A stretch of DNA of 64,000 nucleotides from an uncultured Actinomycetes bacterium (GTDB lineage Bacteria; Actinomycetota; Thermoleophilia; UBA2241): assembly GCA_963751565.1 (NCBI GenBank), contig CAVVVA010000014.1, positions 40,139 to 104,138 of the forward strand. The letters run 5' to 3'. The notes below the pieces were generated by a model. It did not search any database. It saw nothing but the letters and a program-made list of their open reading frames with translations, and was not told where the DNA came from. Shown here piece by piece: positions 16,765 to 27,128 of this stretch; the stretch's first letter is position 1; the number at the start of each line of letters is the position of its first letter. Made by a program: the position numbers and the translations under genes.

Positions 16765-18582
16765 ATGACGGCGCGGATCATCTTCGGTGTCGCGCTGTTC
16801 GTCGCCGGGATCGCCTTCCACGTGCTCAACGAGAGCTTCGTCTCGTTGGCGCTGTTCGTGGTCGTCGTGCTGTTCGTGGTCGCCAACGTACCGTTCCTCT
16901 ACCTCAGCCGGCGGGGCCACGAGCGGCAGGTGAGCGTCGCCATGGTCGTCGTCGACACAGTGCTGATCACCGCCGCGGTCGTCTTCACCGGCGGCGTGCT
17001 GAGCTCGGTGGCGATCTTCTACCTCTGGCCGATCGTCTCGGCCAGTCTGCTGCTGCCACCCTGGACCGCCTACCTCACGGCGGCCGCGTCGAGCGGCCTC
17101 TACATCGTCATCTGGGTGCTCCAGACCGGCGCGGTCGGTCCGTTCGTGAACAGCTCGACGATCCAGCCGCCGGTCATGCCCCAGAACTGGTCGGTCCAGA
17201 CGGTCGGCATCCGGGTGACGGCCTTCCTGCTGATCGCCCTGCTCACCGGCTTCATCGCCCAGGCGCTGACCAAGAGCAACGCGCAGCTGCGCGTGGCGAA
17301 GCTGCGCGCCGAGGGCCAGCTCGATCGCATGAAGGCCGTCAACGAGCAGCTGCGGGCGATCGAGGAGACGAGCCAGGTGTTCATGGCCCACCACGACGTG
17401 GAGGGCCTCATGCCCGACGCGCTGGCCAAGCTGTGCGGCCTGATGCGCATCGCGAGCAGCTTCGTCCTGGTCCACCACGACGGCACCGCCGACGACCAGC
17501 TCGTGGCCAGCCAGGGACCGGTGACGGTGGAGCTGATCGAGCGGCTCAAGGAAGTCGGTCTCGTCAGGATCTACCCGGCCGGCGCGCCGCACGTGGCGAC
17601 GGTCGACGACGGCACGCAGTCGGCCCACGTGCTCAAGCTCATCGAGAAGGAGGGCTTTCGCGACCTCGTCCTCGTGCCGCTCTCCGCCAAGGACCGGCGC
17701 CTCGGCCTGCTGTGCTTCCTGACCCGTTCGGGCGAGGTCGTGCGCGACACCAAGCTGACGGCGCTGGCTTCGCTCACGAGCCAGCTCGCCGTCGCGCTGC
17801 GCAACATCCAGTACAACGAGGAGCTCACCCGCAAGAACGAGGAGCTCACCCACCTCGACCAGTTGAAGAGCGACTTCATGGCCACGATGAGCCATGAGCT
17901 GCGCACACCGCTGACCTCGGTGATCGGCTACAGCGACATGCTGCTCTCGGGCGTGACCGGCGAGTTGAACGAGCGCCAGAGCAACTTCGTGAGCAGCATC
18001 CTGGCCAACGGCGAGTCGCTGCTGAACCTGATCAACGACGTGCTCGACCTGACCAAGATCGAAGCCGGCCGCCTCGACCTCAACCTCGAGGCGGTCGACC
18101 TGCGCTCGGCGCTGCTCGGCGTGCTGCCCGTCGTGAAGCCGCGCGCGGCCGACAAGCGCATCAAGGTGTCGACCTACCTGCCGACCGACGTGCCGACCAT
18201 CATGGCCGACCCCGCCAAGTTCAACCAGGTGCTGCTGAACCTGCTGACGAACGCCATCAAGTACACCCACGAGAACGGCAACGTGAGCGTCGAGGCGCGC
18301 AGCCAGGACGGGTTCGTCGAGATCTGGGTGACCGACACCGGCATCGGCATCAGTCAGGAGGACATCGACCGCATCTTCCAGCGTTTCACCCAGGTCGACT
18401 CGTCGGCGAGCCGCTCGCAGGGCGGGACGGGCCTCGGCCTGGCGATCACGAAGGAGCTCGTGGAGCTGCACGGCGGCGAGATCCGGGTGCAGAGCAAACT
18501 CGGCAAGGGCTCCAGTTTCATCTTCACGGTGCCGATATCACACGAGCCGGCCGACCACCTGGCGGCCGGCAAGATCAGCTAG
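16765..18582 (+). CDS. Membrane sensor histidine kinase (multi-TM N-terminus, GAF-like domain, HisKA, HATPase_c)
   Basis: About six TM helices. H-box MSHELRTPLTSVIGYSDML. N, G1 and G2 boxes (LLNLLTNAIKYT; DTGIGIS; GGTGLGLAI). The 5' 1.4 kb of the listed ORF is antisense to the CbiA-like gene and was discarded. Confidence 0.9.
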   Translation: MTARIIFGVALFVAGIAFHVLNESFVSLALFVVVVLFVVANVPFLYLSRRGHERQVSVAMVVVDTVLITAAVVFTGGVLSSVAIFYLWPIVSASLLLPPWTAYLTAAASSGLYIVIWVLQTGAVGPFVNSSTIQPPVMPQNWSVQTVGIRVTAFLLIALLTGFIAQALTKSNAQLRVAKLRAEGQLDRMKAVNEQLRAIEETSQVFMAHHDVEGLMPDALAKLCGLMRIASSFVLVHHDGTADDQLVASQGPVTVELIERLKEVGLVRIYPAGAPHVATVDDGTQSAHVLKLIEKEGFRDLVLVPLSAKDRRLGLLCFLTRSGEVVRDTKLTALASLTSQLAVALRNIQYNEELTRKNEELTHLDQLKSDFMATMSHELRTPLTSVIGYSDMLLSGVTGELNERQSNFVSSILANGESLLNLINDVLDLTKIEAGRLDLNLEAVDLRSALLGVLPVVKPRAADKRIKVSTYLPTDVPTIMADPAKFNQVLLNLLTNAIKYTHENGNVSVEARSQDGFVEIWVTDTGIGISQEDIDRIFQRFTQVDSSASRSQGGTGLGLAITKELVELHGGEIRVQSKLGKGSSFIFTVPISHEPADHLAAGKIS

Positions 18583-18598
18583 GACGGTGGGGAGATCC

Positions 18599-18961
18599 AT
18601 GGCCAAATCGATCGTCGTCGCCGATGACGACCCCGACATCCTGAGCATCGTTGCGATGTCCCTCGAAACCCAGGGCTACGACGTGTACAAGGCGCCCAAC
18701 GGCCGCCTGGCCGTCGACCTCGCCCGCGACCACCATCCCGACCTCATCATCCTCGACATGATGATGCCGGTGATGAGCGGCTACGAAGCGATCGCCGAGC
18801 TCAAGGCCGACGACACGACGAGCACCATACCCATCGTCGGCCTCTCGGCCAAGGCGATGGCCACCGACATGGAGCGGGCCACCGACGTCGGCATCGACGG
18901 CTACATCACCAAGCCCTTCCGCATCGCCCAGCTGCTGTCGGTCATCGAGGGCTACCTCTAG
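18599..18961 (+). CDS. Stand-alone CheY-like response regulator receiver
   Basis: MAKSIVVADDDPDIL...LIILDMMMPVMSGYE...KPF. GGTGGGGAG Shine-Dalgarno. Begins 17 nt after the kinase stop. Confidence 0.9.
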   Translation: MAKSIVVADDDPDILSIVAMSLETQGYDVYKAPNGRLAVDLARDHHPDLIILDMMMPVMSGYEAIAELKADDTTSTIPIVGLSAKAMATDMERATDVGIDGYITKPFRIAQLLSVIEGYL

Positions 18962-19144
18962 AGTGACCGCCGCCGTGGGCCGGTTTGCACCGTCGCCCGA
19001 GCACGCGCCATCGACTCATCCTCGCCGGTGAACTGCCGATAAGAACACGGATGACCGGCGGCGCCACTGCAGCCCGAATCCGATAGGCCGCCGGAACCCG
19101 CGAAGGAGACTCCCACGAGCGACCCGAACGAGAGCCGCTCCCGC

Positions 19145-20512
19145 GTGAGCATCGAGGTCAAGACCACCGGCATGATCGTCGTGATCTTCGTGGTGGTGGT
19201 CGCCGTGTTCTCGCGCCAGCTCGGCCGCGACCAGCTCATGCAGCTCGTGGTGGCGCTTTCGGCCGCCTTCGCGCTCGTGGTCGCGGTCCTCGACATCTGG
19301 GTGTACCGGCCGGTCAACTCGCTGATCCGGCGCTCACGGCGGCGGCTCGGCAGCCGCTACGAGAACGAGGACCCGCGACACCGCGACGAGATCGCCGAGC
19401 TCGACTTCCTGATCAACACGATCATCCGCACGTTCACCGAGGTGCAGACCCACGACGTGCGCAGCGAGCGCGCCGAAAGCGATCTCATTCGCCTGCAGGC
19501 CTTCAATCGCCAGCTCGTCGAGGTCGGCGACATCGGCCAGGAGATCAACGCCGCCCTGCCCTACCGCGAGACCGTCGAGCGCACTCTGGCGCGCGCCAAG
19601 GCGTTCCTGCAGGCCGACTTCGTGGCGCTGATCTCGCTCGAGCCCAACACGAGGGCCTTCGATGTGGAGGGGGCGCTCGGCGTGCAGGCTCCGTCGATCG
19701 ACGCCGACTGCTGCCTGTTCACGGCCGACTGTCCGGTGCGCAAGGCCATCGACGACCACAGCGTGGTGCGCTCCACCGACCACACCTGCACGCTGTTTCC
19801 CCAGACCATGAAGAGCCAGCTCATCGTGCCCTTCGAGGTCGACCCCGTGGGCGAGATGGCGCTGCTGGCCACCTCGACGACGAGCGAGCACTTCGACCAG
19901 ATCGCCACCAACGTGCTTTCGACCCTCCAGGGCCACGTGCACGCCGCGCTGTCGAACGCCCGCAAGTACGACAGCATCCGCCGGCAGGTCGTCACCGACC
20001 ATCTGACCCGCCTCTACAACCGGCGCTTCTTCATGAACCGGGTCGAGGAGGAGCTCTCGCGCAGCCTGCGCAACCAGCAGCCGGTATCGCTCGTCATCCT
20101 CGACATCGACCATTTCAAGCACTTCAACGACTCCTACGGCCACGCCACGGGCGACCGGGTGCTGCAGGTCGTGGCGGCGGTCATGCAGCAGCACGTGCGC
20201 AAGTCCGACGTCTGCTCGCGCCACGGCGGCGAGGAGTTCGGCATGCTGCTGCCCAACACGCCCGGCGACAACGCGAGCTTCATGGCCAACCGCCTGCGGC
20301 GCACGCTGGCCGAGACCCGCTACACCGGCCTCGGGCTGCCCAGCGACGTGAACATCACGATCAGCATGGGAGTAGCCACCTGCCCGCGCGACGCGACCAC
20401 CATCGGCGAGCTCTTCGAGCTCGCCGACAAGGCTCTCTACCAGGCCAAGGCAGGCGGGCGCGACCGCGTGATCCAGTACGGCGTCGAGGTCCAGCCGGTC
20501 TTCTACGACTAG
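19145..20512 (+). CDS. Membrane-anchored GAF-like/GGDEF diguanylate cyclase
   Basis: Two N-terminal TM helices. Intact GGEEF (RHGGEEFGMLL) and RxxD I-site context. GTG start; an alternative ATG lies at 19169. Confidence 0.85.
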   Translation: MSIEVKTTGMIVVIFVVVVAVFSRQLGRDQLMQLVVALSAAFALVVAVLDIWVYRPVNSLIRRSRRRLGSRYENEDPRHRDEIAELDFLINTIIRTFTEVQTHDVRSERAESDLIRLQAFNRQLVEVGDIGQEINAALPYRETVERTLARAKAFLQADFVALISLEPNTRAFDVEGALGVQAPSIDADCCLFTADCPVRKAIDDHSVVRSTDHTCTLFPQTMKSQLIVPFEVDPVGEMALLATSTTSEHFDQIATNVLSTLQGHVHAALSNARKYDSIRRQVVTDHLTRLYNRRFFMNRVEEELSRSLRNQQPVSLVILDIDHFKHFNDSYGHATGDRVLQVVAAVMQQHVRKSDVCSRHGGEEFGMLLPNTPGDNASFMANRLRRTLAETRYTGLGLPSDVNITISMGVATCPRDATTIGELFELADKALYQAKAGGRDRVIQYGVEVQPVFYD

Positions 20513-20542
20513 GCGCGCGACGAAGTCACGCCAGCCTGAGCG

Positions 20543-22190
20543 TCAACGACGCAGTCGCTTGACGGACTGATCGAGCCCCATTCCCCGGCGAATCAGCGCC
20601 GGAGTGGTCGCGCCCCACTCGAGCAACTCGTCGTGGAAGACCTTCAGCGACGGGGAGCGCCGCCGGGCGAAGTCGCGGGCCAGCGCGGTGATCTCGCGCT
20701 TGCCGACCAGATAGGCCATCGGGTCGCCGGGCGAGGCGGCATACCAGCGCACCTCGAGCTCGGCCTCGCGCCGGTCCATGTGGGCCTCGCGCGACAGAAA
20801 GTCGACCGCCTCCTGAAAGCTCATCAGACCGAGGTTCAGCTCCATGTCGATCACCACCCGGCAGGCCCGCCAGAGCTGGTCATTCAGGCGCATGAGGCGC
20901 ACCGCCGGTGCGACGAGAAAGCCCTGCGACTCCATCATCTCTTCGCAGTAGAAGGCCCAGCCCTCGATCAGCAAGGTGCCGCCGTCGGGGATGGCGGCGA
21001 CTCGCCGGGCCAGGGTTCGGAGCGCGGTTCGCCCGTCCGATCTGGGTGTGGTGTCCGGGAAAGGCCTCGTGGACGGCCACCGTGGGCATCGAGGCGAAGG
21101 GGTGACCGGCGAGAGCCCGCGCAAGGTGGTCGTCGGGAAGGTCGCCGGAGGGCACGGTCACCCAGTAGTAGCCGCGTTGCAGCCGGTCGTACGGCCCGGC
21201 GCCCTCGTAGGCGGCGAAGGGTAGCGAGCCGCGCAGGGCCGCCGGCGTGGGCTCGATCACGAGCTCCTCGCCGGGTGCGAGCGTGACGAGGTCGTGCTCG
21301 ACGACGAAGCGCCGCGCCGCGGCAAGCGCGTCGCGATAGCTGCCCAGCAGATCGTGTCGCGACGGCCGGTCCGCCTGGATGGCGGCCACGGCGGCCGCCG
21401 CCGACGCGTGGCCCATCGTGGCGGCCAGCTCGGTCATGGCGGCGTGGGCGTCGGCGACGGCGGCGCGACCGACGGCGGCGATCTGCTCGGGCGTCTCGCC
21501 GAGCAGATGTTCGTGCGTGAGAATGTCGACGAGCAGCTCACGGCCGCCTGAGACCCCGGGCGCGGCGTCGGGCAGGTAGCGGCGGCGCAGCTCGTCGCCG
21601 AACCGCGCGACGGCGGCGGCGGCCCGACGAGCCGGCTCGTCGAGCGCGCCGGGCAAGCCGAGCTCGGCGGCGGCGCGCGGCGCCGCCTCGCCGACCAGCT
21701 CGTGAACCCCCGGCACGTCGTCGAGGGCCGCGGCCACGAACGGCAGCGACAGCGGCCCGCGCAGGTTGGCGAGGCCCTCCTCGAGCACACCGGGCAGCGC
21801 CGCCAGGCGGCCGGCCATGGCCTCGACCCGGTCGGCCGGCGTGCCGATCTCCTTGATCATCAGCAGCAGCACTCCGTAGGACGCATCGAGGTACAGGCCG
21901 GGGTTGGCGTTTTGTACGCGGCGCGTCTCGAAGGCGCGCACGACGCGCCGCGCGATCTGCCCGCCGGTGACCGCGTCGATCGCCTCGTCGCCGGTGGCGC
22001 TCGTGGCGGCCCGGTCGAAGCGCTCGATCAGCCGCCTGGCGTCGGCGACGTAGGTCGCGAGGGCCGGCGCCGAGAGGTCGGGCAGCTCGCCGGCGTGGTC
22101 GGCCATGCCGAGCTGCGTGGCCACGACGGGTTCGGCCGCCGCCACACGCTCGACGAGCCGCTGGACGAGGCCTGTCACGCTGGACGGCAT
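20543..22190 (-). CDS. DUF885-family zincin-like protein, interrupted by an apparent frameshift near 21040-21080 (ORFs 20880..22190 and 20543..21124)
   Basis: The N-terminal ORF carries VAVHEAFPGHHTQ (DUF885 HExxPGHH motif), then degenerates. The overlapping ORF continues with a DUF885-like C-terminus (GGTLLIEGWAFYCEEMM...EVRWYAASPGDPMAYLVGKREI). Confidence 0.6.
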
Positions 22191-22241
22191 TGATCGCCTC
22201 CGGGTCTCGCGCGGCCGCCGGCCTCGCGCGGGTGGACCGGC

Positions 22242-22601
22242 CTACTTGCGGTATGAGTCGAGGTAGGCCTGCAGGGGCTCGACGCGGCCACCCATGATCT
22301 TCTCGATCACGTCGTCGAGGATGCCCTTGGCGACGTCGAGGTCGGACACGATGGCGCGATAGATGTAGCCCGAGGGCTCCTTGTCCTGCTCGAGCAGGCC
22401 CTTGACGTGCAGGTTGCGCAGCACGCTCATGACCGTCGTGTAGGCGATGCGACGGCGCAGGCGCAGCTCCTCGTAGACGTCGCGCACCTTCACGTCGCCC
22501 TTGTCCCACACGATGCGCAGGATCTCGGCCTCGAGCCAGCCGAGGCCGGTGAGGTCGCGGCTGCGGCTCTTCTTGGCCCATCTCACGTAGTCGTCACTCA
22601 T
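22242..22601 (-). CDS. BlaI/MecI/CopY-family transcriptional repressor
   Basis: LGWLEAEILRIVWDKGDVKVRDVYEEL...IAYTTVMSVLRNLHVKGLL is a winged-helix penicillinase-repressor family pattern. GGAGGA Shine-Dalgarno before ATG 22601. Confidence 0.85.
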   Translation of the reverse strand: MSDDYVRWAKKSRSRDLTGLGWLEAEILRIVWDKGDVKVRDVYEELRLRRRIAYTTVMSVLRNLHVKGLLEQDKEPSGYIYRAIVSDLDVAKGILDDVIEKIMGGRVEPLQAYLDSYRK

Positions 22602-22835
22602 GAATCCTCCGACGGTCACACTCAGAAGCTGGCGAGCCGACCGGCGGCGGCCGTGGCGACGGCGGAACGTGTCGGACGTCGGGAAACGGCCGAAGCTCCC
22701 GCCCCACGCGATCCTGGGCGACCCGGGCCCTACTCTATCCACAGGCTCGCAGGCCCGCAACCGGGGGGGTGGGGCAGGAGGCCACGACAGCGCCTCGTAC
22801 TTAGAACGGACTCGTGGGATGCCGATACATGTCAA

Positions 22836-24989
22836 GTGCCCAGTAAAGCAAGCTCGTTGACCGATACCACGCCAGAACCGACCAGTGACTACGCCCTCGC
22901 CTGCGAGCTGGGAGCGTCTGTCACGTCTTCCCTGGTGCTCGAGGACGTCCTGGCCACAGTGGCTCGGCGCATCGCCGAAGCGCTCGACGTCTGGGAGTGC
23001 GACCTCTTGGAGTACTACGCCGAGAGCGAGACCATCGTCGCCGCGGCTTGCTGGGCGCGTCAGATGACCCCCGAGGACTACGCCTGGGTGGGGACGCACA
23101 TGAGCTTGAGCGAGCGACCGACCTACCGGCCGCTGTTCCTGGCGCGGGAGTACTCCGAGGCCTACGCCGATGACGCGGTCAAGGACCCCCTCGACGGCAG
23201 ACTCATGGAGGAGTGGGGCGAGCTCGCGACGCTGGGAGTGCCGCTCGTCTTCGAGGACACAGTGATCGGCTGCTTCACGCTTGTCGAAAAGGAACGGCTG
23301 CGCCACTTCAGCGAGGAAGACAAGCGGCGCGCCTCGCTCCTGGCCATCCCGGCCGCCGTGGCCATCCACAACGCCCGCATCTACCGCCAGGAGGAGGAAC
23401 AGAACCGCCATCTCGCGTCACTGATCGACTCGAGCCGGGCGCTGACCTCGGCGGTGGTCCTGGAGAACATCCTCGACATCGTCTGCCGGAAGGCAGCGGA
23501 AGCGCTCGACACCAACGAGTGCGTCATCTACGAGTACGACGCGGCCCACGACGCGATCGTCTGCAAGGCGCTCTACGATTCCGCCGGCGGGGAGGACCAA
23601 AGCGACAGTCTGGGCGTGGTCTACTCACTCGACGAGTACCCGTCCGACCGCGAGATTCTGAGACGCGGCGAGGTGATCGAAGAGTCGCTGTCGGATGAGA
23701 GTCTGCCGGTCGATGTGCGCGATTCGATGGAGCAGTGGGGCGAGATGTCGTGTCTCAACGTGCCCCTCATCTACGACCGCGAACCGGTCGGCATCCTGGT
23801 GCTCTGTGAAACCGCCCGCGAGCGACACTTCACGCCTGAAGAAGCCGAGCTGGCCAAGGGCCTCGGCGAGCAGGCCGCAGCGGCCATCCGCCACGCGCAG
23901 CTCTACCGGCGCCAGGAGCGTGCCAACAAGCGGCTCCTGGCCCTGCTCGAGACCAGCCGCGTCCTGGTTGCCTCACTGGATACAGAGACGGTGCTCGCCG
24001 AGATGCGAGACGAGGTCGCCGGCATGTTCGCGGTGCCGCAGGATGCTGTCGGCATCGTCTTGCGCGACGCCGCCGGAGAGTTCCGGCCGTTCATCCGCGC
24101 CGACAGCGGCGACGCTCCGGGCGGACCCCCCGGTCCCCAACCGATCGAGCTCGACGAGCTGCAACGCCGGGTGGTCGCGAAGCGCGGCCCGGCACAGGAC
24201 CGCGACGGCGACAGCGCTCGTCTGCTGGTGCCTCTGGTGCTCGACGATGTGGCCGAAGGGCTCGTCGAGGTCCGCGCGCCCCGAGTCGACCGCGTGAGCG
24301 ACGAGGAGATCGGCCTGGTGCAGGTCCTCACGACGCAAGCGGCCGCGGCCATGGTCAATGCGCGCCTGTACCAGACGCTCGAGGAGCAGGCGATCACCGA
24401 CGGCCTCACCGGGCTCTGCAACTACCGCCACTTCTACGAGCGCCTCGAGGCCGAGTGCGCCCGCGCCCGCCGCTACGGGCTGCCGCTATCGCTGCTGATG
24501 ATCGACATCGACGACTTCAAGCGATTCAACGACCGCTTCGGCCACCCTGTCGGCGACCTCGTTCTCACCGAGGTGGGGAAGATCCTGAGTTCGCAGCTCC
24601 GGCGCAATGTCGACCTTGCGGCCCGCTACGGCGGCGAGGAGTTCGCGGTGCTCCTTCCCAACACGCCACAGGACGGCGCCCGCGTGGTCGGCGACCGCCT
24701 GCTGCGCGAGATGACCAAGGTCTCCGCCGCCGCCGACCTGCCGCCGGAGCAGGCCGACGGCGCCCGCAAGGTGGGCGAGCGCATCCGCCAGAGCATCGCC
24801 GCCGCCGATCTCGTCGCGGTCCGCGACGGCGGTGGCGACGACGACGACACCCACGTGACCGTGAGTGTGGGCATCGCGGCCTTCCCTGGTTCGGCCGGCA
24901 GTCCGAACGAGCTGGTGAGGGACGCCGACGAGGCTCTGTACCTGGCGAAGCGACTCGGCAAGAACCGTGTCGAGGTGCACGGTGCCTGA
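22836..24989 (+). CDS. Cytoplasmic 3xGAF-GGDEF diguanylate cyclase
   Basis: Three GAF-like repeats, each ending in an ...HNARLY/HAQLY-type helix. C-terminal GGDEF (RYGGEEFAVLL). Start is uncertain: GTG 22836 or TTG 22857. Confidence 0.85.
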   Translation: MPSKASSLTDTTPEPTSDYALACELGASVTSSLVLEDVLATVARRIAEALDVWECDLLEYYAESETIVAAACWARQMTPEDYAWVGTHMSLSERPTYRPLFLAREYSEAYADDAVKDPLDGRLMEEWGELATLGVPLVFEDTVIGCFTLVEKERLRHFSEEDKRRASLLAIPAAVAIHNARIYRQEEEQNRHLASLIDSSRALTSAVVLENILDIVCRKAAEALDTNECVIYEYDAAHDAIVCKALYDSAGGEDQSDSLGVVYSLDEYPSDREILRRGEVIEESLSDESLPVDVRDSMEQWGEMSCLNVPLIYDREPVGILVLCETARERHFTPEEAELAKGLGEQAAAAIRHAQLYRRQERANKRLLALLETSRVLVASLDTETVLAEMRDEVAGMFAVPQDAVGIVLRDAAGEFRPFIRADSGDAPGGPPGPQPIELDELQRRVVAKRGPAQDRDGDSARLLVPLVLDDVAEGLVEVRAPRVDRVSDEEIGLVQVLTTQAAAAMVNARLYQTLEEQAITDGLTGLCNYRHFYERLEAECARARRYGLPLSLLMIDIDDFKRFNDRFGHPVGDLVLTEVGKILSSQLRRNVDLAARYGGEEFAVLLPNTPQDGARVVGDRLLREMTKVSAAADLPPEQADGARKVGERIRQSIAAADLVAVRDGGGDDDDTHVTVSVGIAAFPGSAGSPNELVRDADEALYLAKRLGKNRVEVHGA

Positions 24990-27094
24990 GGTCCGACTCG
25001 ATCCGGTGGCCGCCGGCGCCGATCCCTTCAAGACAGTGCTCGAGGTCAGCGCCACGCTGACCGCCGACCTCGACCTGCCGACCCTCCTCGCGACCGTGGC
25101 GCATCAGATCGGCGAGGCCATGCGCGCCACCTCCTGTGACATCACCGACTACGACGCGGCCGCCGAGACGCTCACCTACGCCGCCGTATGGGCAGTCGAG
25201 ATGACTCCCGAGGACGAAGCGTACGTCGGCACGGTGACGGCGCTCGCCGATCGCCCCGCGCGCCTGCGCGTGGTGCGCGAGCGCGACGTGAGCGGAGTAC
25301 TACCTCGACGACCCCGGTCTCGACCCGACCGAGCGGGAGATCATGGAAAAGTGGGGCGAATCGACGGCGCTGGAGGTCCCGCTCGTGTTCGCCGACGAGG
25401 TCATCGGCATCCTCGGCGTGGTCGACATCGACCCCCGGCGCAGGTACGACGATACAGACAAGGCGCTGCTGCAGGCGCTCGCGGTGCCGGCCGCCATCGG
25501 CATCCACAACGCGCGCGCCTTCGCCGCCTCCCGCGAACGTCGCCGCCAACTCGGCGGCCTGCTCGACGCGAGCCGCGCCGTCACCTCGACGTTCGGGCTC
25601 GATGAGACGCTCGCGGTGGTGGCTCGCGAGGCTGCCGAACTGGTGGCGTGCTCGGAGTGCCTGATCTACCAGTACGACGTCGAGCGCCACGGCATGGTTT
25701 GGCGCGCCCACTACCATCGCGAGGCAGTGTCCCGGCGAAACGACGCGCTCGGCGCCTTCTTCCCGACAAGAGACTGGCGTGCCGACTACGACATCATGAT
25801 GAGCGGCGAACTCAGCATCGACCACGTCGACGACCCGCTCCTCACCGATGCGGAGCGCGCCGACATGCGCGAGCACGGCGAGCTGAGCGCGATGACCGTC
25901 CCGTTGCGCTTCGGCGACACGCCCATCGGCATCCTCTACCTCGCCGAGACGTCGCGGCGGCGCGAGTTCGGCGCCCATGAGATTGAGCTGGCGTCGGCCT
26001 TCGCCGAGCTGGCCAGCGCCGCCATCCACAACGCCCGCCTCATCGACGTTCAGGAGCGGCAGAGCGAACGTCTGCTGGGCCTCTTCGCTGCCGGTCGAGC
26101 CATCACCGGGACGACGGTCATCGACGACCTGGTGCTCGCCACGTGCGACCAGATGGCTCGGGTGCTGGCCGAGGACTCCGCCACAGTGCGCGTGTGGCTG
26201 CGCGACCAGGAGGGCGTGTTCGCGCCGTGGGGTGAAGGTGCCGGATCGAGAGCCGCGCCGGCCCTCCCACCGGCCGCGGAGCAGGCCGTCGCGACCCTGG
26301 CTGCTGCCCAGGAGCCGTGCAGGCCCGGCGCGCGGCTCGTGCTCCCCTTCGCCGCGCGCGGCCACGCCGAGGGGTTCATGGAGATCGTCGACGAGAGCCG
26401 GCGCGCCTTCCGCGAGGATCTGGTGGAGCTGCTGCAGATCATCGCCAACCACGCGGCGGTGGCCGTCGAGAACGCGCGACTGTATGCCCGCGTCAAGGAG
26501 CAGGCGATCACCGATGGCCTCACCGGGCTCTGCAACCACCGCCACTTCTACGAGCGCCTCGAGGCCGAGTGCGCCCGCGCCCGCCGCTACGGGCTGCCGC
26601 TCTCGCTGCTGATGATCGACATCGACGACTTCAAGCGATTCAACGACCGCTTCGGCCACCTGCGCGGGGATCAGGTGCTCCGTGACGTGGCCGAGATTCT
26701 CAGGGCCGACACGCGCCGCAATATCGACCTGCCGGCTCGCTACGGCGGCGAGGAGTTCATGGTGATCCTGCCGCACACCGTGCGCGAGGGCGCCGGCGTT
26801 GTCGGCGACCGTATCCACCGCCGGGTCGCCGGGCTGGGCGGCGAGTCCCCTGAAGACGGCCGAGTCATCCCGCCGCCGGGCCAGGGCGCCGTGGAGGTCG
26901 GTGAGCGCCTGCGCCGCGACATCGAGAAGACGGCGCTCGCGACCCCGGCGGGTGTGTCCAGCATCACGGTGAGCGTCGGTGCGGCCTCCGTCGTTGCCGC
27001 CACGGCGGCGCCGGAGCACATCGTGAGCTGCGCGGACAAAGCGCTCTACCTCGCCAAACGCGCCGGCAAGAACCGCGTCGAGGTCTACGGCTGA
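24967..27094 (+). CDS. Paralogous 3xGAF-GGDEF diguanylate cyclase with an apparent +1 frameshift near 25293
   Basis: ORF 24967..25605 carries GAF-1 until ...RERDVS, then noise. ORF 25343..27094 resumes with ...EYYLDDPGLDPTEREIMEKWGE in the next frame. Comparison with the upstream paralog (EYSEAYADDAVKDPLDGRLMEEWGE) indicates one extra G in agcGgagtac. GGEEF is intact (RYGGEEFMVIL). Confidence 0.7.
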
Positions 27095-27128
27095 GCAAGC
27101 CCGTCCCTGCGGCGCGTGTCCGGCCCGC

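Noticed and set aside
16741-18471. 576 aa minus-strand ORF antisense to the histidine kinase
   Set aside because: Low-complexity D/E/R/H/Q/V composition. It is a shadow ORF opposite a gene with unambiguous H-box and ATPase motifs.
25172-27019. 615 aa minus-strand ORF antisense to the second GAF-GGDEF gene
   Set aside because: Shadow ORF; no motifs; Arg/Gly-rich.
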